A stretch of 64,000 nt of DNA from Octopus vulgaris (lineage: Eukaryota), in assembly GCA_951406725.2 (NCBI GenBank), contig OX597831.1, positions 62,806,001 through 62,870,000 of the forward strand, in the 5' to 3' direction. Positions 58,229-64,000 of the stretch are shown in pieces. A program made the translations under genes and the position numbers. The notes beneath the pieces were generated by a model. It was not told the DNA's origin, did no database searches, and worked only from the letters and a program-made list of their open reading frames with translations. Every line of letters starts with the position of its first letter. Positions within the stretch are counted from its first letter, which is position 1.

Positions 58229-58879
58229 TATGTTATAATCGAGCTAAGTACAACCGAGTTTGGTGAGCGATGTTCTTTTGAAAAGTCATTTGACGAGATA
58301 CATCTGCACGGAATGATGCACCACAACCAGTTATACAGAATCTCACTTGCGATAGACCAATGTAAGGTGGGTCGAAACGATCGTTGTGATTGATAAATAT
58401 TCTCGTGAATTCCATTTTATCTTTTTTTCATTTGTTATATACTCGATGGACACGAAGGAATACCTGAAGCAAATTCAGTGCCACTTATATTCATACCGTT
58501 GATGACATCAAACATAAGGTTGCCGAAGACAGTGAAGTGTTTTAAACGCCACACTACCAGGTGTTATACCAATTTTAAAATGATGACGTACATATATGTG
58601 TGTGTATGTGTGTTTGCGTGTGTGCGTGTACATATGCGTAAGTATGTCCGTGTACATACATATATATGTACGTATATGTATACATATGTGCATGTGTGTG
58701 TGTGTATACACGTGCGCATATATGTGCGTGTACGTATCAGTGTGTGTATACGTGTGTCTATATGTGCGTGGATATCGTAAAAGTTATTCTGCCGCATATC
58801 AGGATGGGTATTAGACGTCTTACTTGATATATTTAACCAAGATAGCATTTCCCTTCATTATTGAATTTGGTAAATTTTT

Positions 58880-59260
58880 GACCCCTCAGAGATAAAGTTT
58901 TTCAGGTTTTGTAGGGAAACGTTCATGTTTAATGTCATAGTTTTGCCCTGAATGAGGTGGCAAATGTGGTTTTGCATCATCGTGTAAGAGCGAAAACCTC
59001 TTTACAATTAACAAATTTGGAACACATTTTCTGCAAATTATTGTGTTATGTTTTAAATCGACATTCAATACTTCATGATAACACATTCAAACACAGAAGG
59101 TAAATATTGGAGATTTAGCTCCGGCTTGAAGATGAATTCGCTTTTATAGTAGGTTCTAACTATTGTCGTTTTCGTTGAATATGATTATAGAGAGCCCGCT
59201 TTTCGTCGCTTATGATGATTCTAATTCAATGACGAGCAAGGACAACTCATTGATTGATTA
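58880..59260 (-). pseudogene. Mariner transposase catalytic-domain remnant
   Basis: LNRIIISDEKRALYNHIQRKRQ* (cf. IITGDEKWILY...RKRQW) and LLHDDAKPH (cf. LLHDNARPH). Confidence 0.78.
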
Positions 59261-60263
59261 AGCTTAGGAGCAATCAACATTATTGCCACATTCAAAAGTG
59301 AAGATTCTGAATATAGCATTCAAACTTTTGATTGTGACTACTAATCACACTAATCTATACCCTATAATCTATATCGACGAGCTGGGGTGAAGCACTGTAA
59401 AACAAAGATGCACCACGTAGCAGTACGACCCGAGCAAAAGACAACGGTCGGCAAACTGCCGCCTGGGTGTCGCATAAAATGTCTTCGAGTGGCGGAAACC
59501 CGAATCACAGTGGGTTTGTCCCACAGCGAACGTTCCCAGTTGCATTTAAGTACCTGCTTATATACAAATACTCACGTTCAAATACATTTCTAATCTGCTC
59601 TATGCAAGTGTCATTTCTTGCTGAGTACAGAACACACAAGAACATTCAATCTCCAAATAAATTATGCACGAACATGAACACAGACACAGTCTCTTTATAT
59701 GTGCATATGTTTGTGTATGTATTCTGAGTGTAATCTAGTATTATCTAGTCAGAATTCTAATGGCATTTTGTGTTGACTCTTTTGCGTGTGCTCACACCTG
59801 GGTCACTGGTAGAAATACATAAGATCCTAGAGTGATATACTTGTGACCCTGGTATATCAGGTTCATCGTAGTGAACAGAAAGTTCAGTATATGAAGCATA
59901 AAATATCTAAGATATACCAGTGTTGCAACAAAGTGGGGACCGGGAGAGTGCTTCCAGCAGGAAACAAATTTAACTAAAAAATTCATCTCTCCGAATGCGG
60001 TCGAAAATTGTACTGGTATAATTTATGTTTGATTTTGCTGAAGTTGCTAGAAGCCAGAAACATTTGGCATTGGGTACAAGTGGAGCAGGTTTTGATTCAA
60101 TGAAAATATACTGATTTCTCTAAGCATGCTAAACAGTGTTTCAGGTATCCGTCCCTATATAAATATCTATGCTCTTCAGGAAAGGACGTGTTTAAAATGT
60201 GTATGATCCAGTTTGGAAGTAATTATACCGGAAACGTTTTGTTTACCGTTGTGATATTTACTT

Positions 60264-60493
60264 GCGGCGAGCTGGCAGAAACGTTAGCACGCCGGGCGAA
60301 ATGCGTCGCCGTATTTTGTCTGCCGTTACGTTCTGAGTTCAAATTCCGTCGAGGTCGACTTGGCCTTTCATCCTTTCCGGGTCGATTAAATGCGTACCAG
60401 TTACGCACTGGGGTCGATATAATCGACTTAATTCGTTTGTCTATCCTTGTTTGTCTTCTGTGTGTTTAGCCCCTTTTGGGTAGTAAAGAAATA
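60264..60493 (+). mobile_element. Family-C SINE
   Basis: TSD atatttacttgc on both sides. Confidence 0.92.
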
Positions 60494-60883
60494 TATATTT
60501 ACTTGCATTAATCGAATACTCTTTTGAAATTGATGGTAGAGTTTATGTAGAGCTGATTCTATTGGTGTGGATTAGTAAAATTTTGTTGAGGCATTGTTGC
60601 TAGTTTCCAATATGGGTTGGCGGCAAATATCGCTGTTTTATCAGTGTGAACTCTGCTCAAATAGTGTTTGCGATTGTAGTGTAGCGAGTAGGGAATTATT
60701 TTAGAAAATTACTTTTTGGGGGATTTAGGAAGTTATAGTGTGTTCTGACTCTGCGATGCTTGTCAACAGCCATTACGCTCTAGTTGAACATCATGTAAGC
60801 AGTGCTGTGGTGAATAAGCAGTTCCTACTTGGTTTTGTTATCGAATTTAATTGAAGTTATATGAGCGCAGATTATAAATATTA

Positions 60884-61117
60884 GGGCGGTGAACTGGCGC
60901 AATCGTTAGCAGACCGGGCGAACTGCTTAGCGGTATTTCGTCTGCCGCTACATTCTGAGTTCAAATTCCGCCGAGGTCGACTTTGCCTTTCATCCTTTCG
61001 GGGTCGATAAATTAAGTACCAGTTATGCACTGGGTCGATGTAATCGACTTAATCCGTTTGTCTGTCCTTGTTTGTCCTCTCTGTGTTTAGCCCCTTGTGG
61101 ACAGTAAAGAAATAGGT
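60884..61117 (+). mobile_element. Family-C SINE
   Basis: TSD ttataaatatt on both sides. Confidence 0.92.
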
Positions 61118-62339
61118 TATAAATATTCTGTTACATTATTTTATTATTTAATTTTCTTTCTGGAACTATGTTTTTATTTGAACGTGATTCCTCTTGACGT
61201 GAGATGTATTTCTTTATTTTATTTAAAATGTCGATACATATAACAGGTATTCCTGTATAATCTAGTATTATAAACGTTTTTATTGTTACTTCCTTCATAA
61301 AAAGAATTCTTAATGTGCAGACAAGTTGAAACAGAAAATCAAATCGCCATTTCGTCTTCTTGCAAACAATTAACTGGAATTATATTTTGAAATTTAATAA
61401 AAATAGCTAATTAAACAGAAACAGTAATTACAAATTTATTAAAGAGAAAGAAAATGCATAGAAGAATATCTGTATTGATTAATATTCTAGTTTTGGAAAA
61501 CAAATTCAAATGGTTTTAAATGAAAAGTGTACTTCTCTTCTTCTCTCTCTCTCCCTCTCTCTCATACTGATGAGATAGAATAGTGTGAATTAAAATAGAC
61601 TTGTATTTTCATGGAACTCCAATTTGACATTAGCCTATATACTCCGGCTAAATTAATCAATAATCAGGAATGTGAATTGACCAATAATAGAATGCCGTAT
61701 CTGATTTCACCTTCAATAAGTACGGTTTCATTTCATCTATTGTATTTAGGTCAAAATTTCTCGAAATTTGCACATTCTATTTTTCTACACTACTTTGGAA
61801 TTTAGGGATACAGATTATACTTTTAAACATGAGAATAAAAATCAATATATCTCGCACTGCAGATTCGTCAAGTGTTGTAATGTTACACTGTCGTAACAAG
61901 AATTTAAGATATATCTCTAAATTTCCGTATTGGATAAGATTATCTAATGCATATTTGCGGCAGTATGTTTATGTATCTGTGACATAACGATTCACACACT
62001 CCACAAACTGATATATATATCATTATTCAGCATCTAGTATCGACCTTTTGTTCCCACGTTCACTGTAGCAGTGTACTACTTATGTAGTCACCTCACTATT
62101 AAAATATTCTTAATTCTGTTGAACCGACATACTGCTTCGCATTAATCTTCCAATTATGCCAGCTTTCGTCGAACATTCATTGAATCAATTGTTCCAGGGT
62201 GGCATGTTTTATTTTCCCGTACCCCCAGTCAGGCGACTTCAACTTTCCAAACGCCCAAACGTCTCATTTTAAATATAAATCGCATGTTTAAAAAATAGAT
62301 GAATGTTACTGAATGTTAACTGGACATATTCTGAGCTGT

Positions 62340-63110
62340 AGCTTCTAATTTTATACCACTATTGAGTCGATATTTTTCTCTCCCAATGTCGATTAACTTT
62401 GGTATGTCCCAAGGTTCAGTTTTGTCCCCCATTGTTTCATTTATATTCTACATCATTATCCTATGTACCTTCTTGGAGAAAACTATCCCGTCTTACGTTG
62501 ATGATACGATTCTTTCTTTTTCTCAGCATCTACCCAATCATGCATAGCTCATATGCAATGTATCACTGAACATCAGACCTGCACTGATTCCATAAAGAAA
62601 GTCCTCTTATGCATGACCAGATATGGCCCTGAGAACATTGTAATGCATGCATACTCACCCATACACACCTACACAGCTATAACCCGCCAAACACAACTAA
62701 TACTATAACTAGAGATAATCAAACACTAAATTTTGGGAATCATTATCATCAGCAACCTCTCCTAGCGAAGGTAAACACTTAACACAGCTAGGACCAAACC
62801 CCCAAACGCTAGTTCTTCATAGTCAGAAATTATTTTAGTCCTCAACACCTGAAGTGAAGGTCTTACTGAATATTGCACCCATTTATGATACAGTGCTGCC
62901 GCTAGAGAAACGTATATCCCAGACAACATCCAGAGAATGATCACTCAATAGATTGGCATCACAAACAGATAAGTTCCAATGCTAGAGTACAAGCATGCTA
63001 GCAGTCACCTCTCTTTGCATTTTCTATTGCTTATATAAGGATTCCTGTTCCTGAGATTTGACTGGTCTTGCATCTTCTCAAATTGTCTCATTTCGTCTCA
63101 TTTTGTTTAG
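62340..63110 (+). pseudogene. CR1/L2/Jockey-group LINE RT remnant
   Basis: GMSQGSVLSP (cf. GVPQGSVLSP), SYVDDT (cf. YADDT), LGIII..NLS, EYCTHL. Confidence 0.75.
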
Positions 63111-64000
63111 AGTGTCAGAGATACGAATATAAAACAAGCGAGAGATTCAATAATACAAGCTTCGTCTCGGCTCCAGATTTTCAGTTATAAAGATAAGTAA
63201 GCAAATCGTTCCGGTTATACTGAAAACGCATGGTGCAGTGATTTCAAATACATTTAAAGCTAGGTTGATTGCTTCTGTTCAAGAGGTAAATTAGTCGAAA
63301 GTTCTTACAGGCCGAATTTTTCACAGTTTTAAAGGGACTATATACATATGTTAGATAATGAGAAATATCTACTCAATAACATAGCCATATATCTAAATGG
63401 AGTGTATTAGTAGCATGCATAGTTAAGTGCAAGCTAACATACTTCAGGATGTCGACCATAAATCAATTTACATTCAAAATGAAATCAAATCAGTAAATAA
63501 AAGACATGTTAACAAAATTTGTTATAAAAATATAAGCTGAGAGCTCTGAACATAAAATTGATTAACATTTAAATGAAGACATGGGGAGTGTGTGATCTTT
63601 TACAGGTATACGATCAACTTCACGCACGCTTCGGAGTTTTAGATTTCCCCAAACGATAGACTACCACGTCCTTTCTAGATCATAAAACAATATTTAGATA
63701 CTAACACCCATCATTACACACACGCGCACACACACACAGACACACACACATCCAAAGAATCATATCCGTGTACATGTAAATTTATTTACTGATTAGGTAA
63801 TTCAAAATAATGGGTTTGGAAAACTTCCCAAAAGTTCTTTCTACAGAATAAAATATATTAGAGTGTAGTGAGCTAAAACAACCTGTAATGAATGGAAATT
63901 AATTTATACCATAATCGGTTAACACTAGATGTGGACACTATGCAATTTTGAAAGAGGAAGAAACATTAGCCAGATATTATATATATATATATATATATAT

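Noticed and set aside
60540-60850. Possible Jockey-like RT trace on the minus strand (similar weak trace at 50830-51040)
   Set aside because: Only isolated short motifs; not enough to support a call.

Overview
AT-rich, microsatellite-dense eukaryotic non-coding DNA. The SINE families and repeat make-up resemble an octopus (coleoid cephalopod) genome; this is inferred, not searched. No intact host protein-coding gene is supported: most ORFs in the track are translations of (TA)n, (CA)n, (TAA)n, (GATA)n or (GAT)n tracts or of SINEs. Recognisable content: (1) about 20 tRNA-derived SINE copies in three families; (2) decayed Dong/R4-type RLE retrotransposons stacked in (TAA)n tracts at 35-40.6 kb; (3) Penelope-like element (PLE) RT and GIY-YIG remnants; (4) RTE and CR1/L2-type LINE remnants; (5) mariner remnants; (6) two Helitron derivatives; (7) TIR elements, two of them TTAA-flanked. 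The most striking signal is a dense set of type I hammerhead ribozyme (HHR) motifs. Eight have complete cores, and several more are decayed, half or variant. They belong to different small non-coding elements, mostly in or beside (TA)n tracts. Some are partial tandem units (506 and 559 bp periods) and some are fold-back inverted repeats. Each family has its own palindromic stem III. This looks like a diverse population of non-autonomous PLE-derived or retrozyme-like elements. Coordinates were counted by eye and may be off by a few bases, especially at decayed ends.
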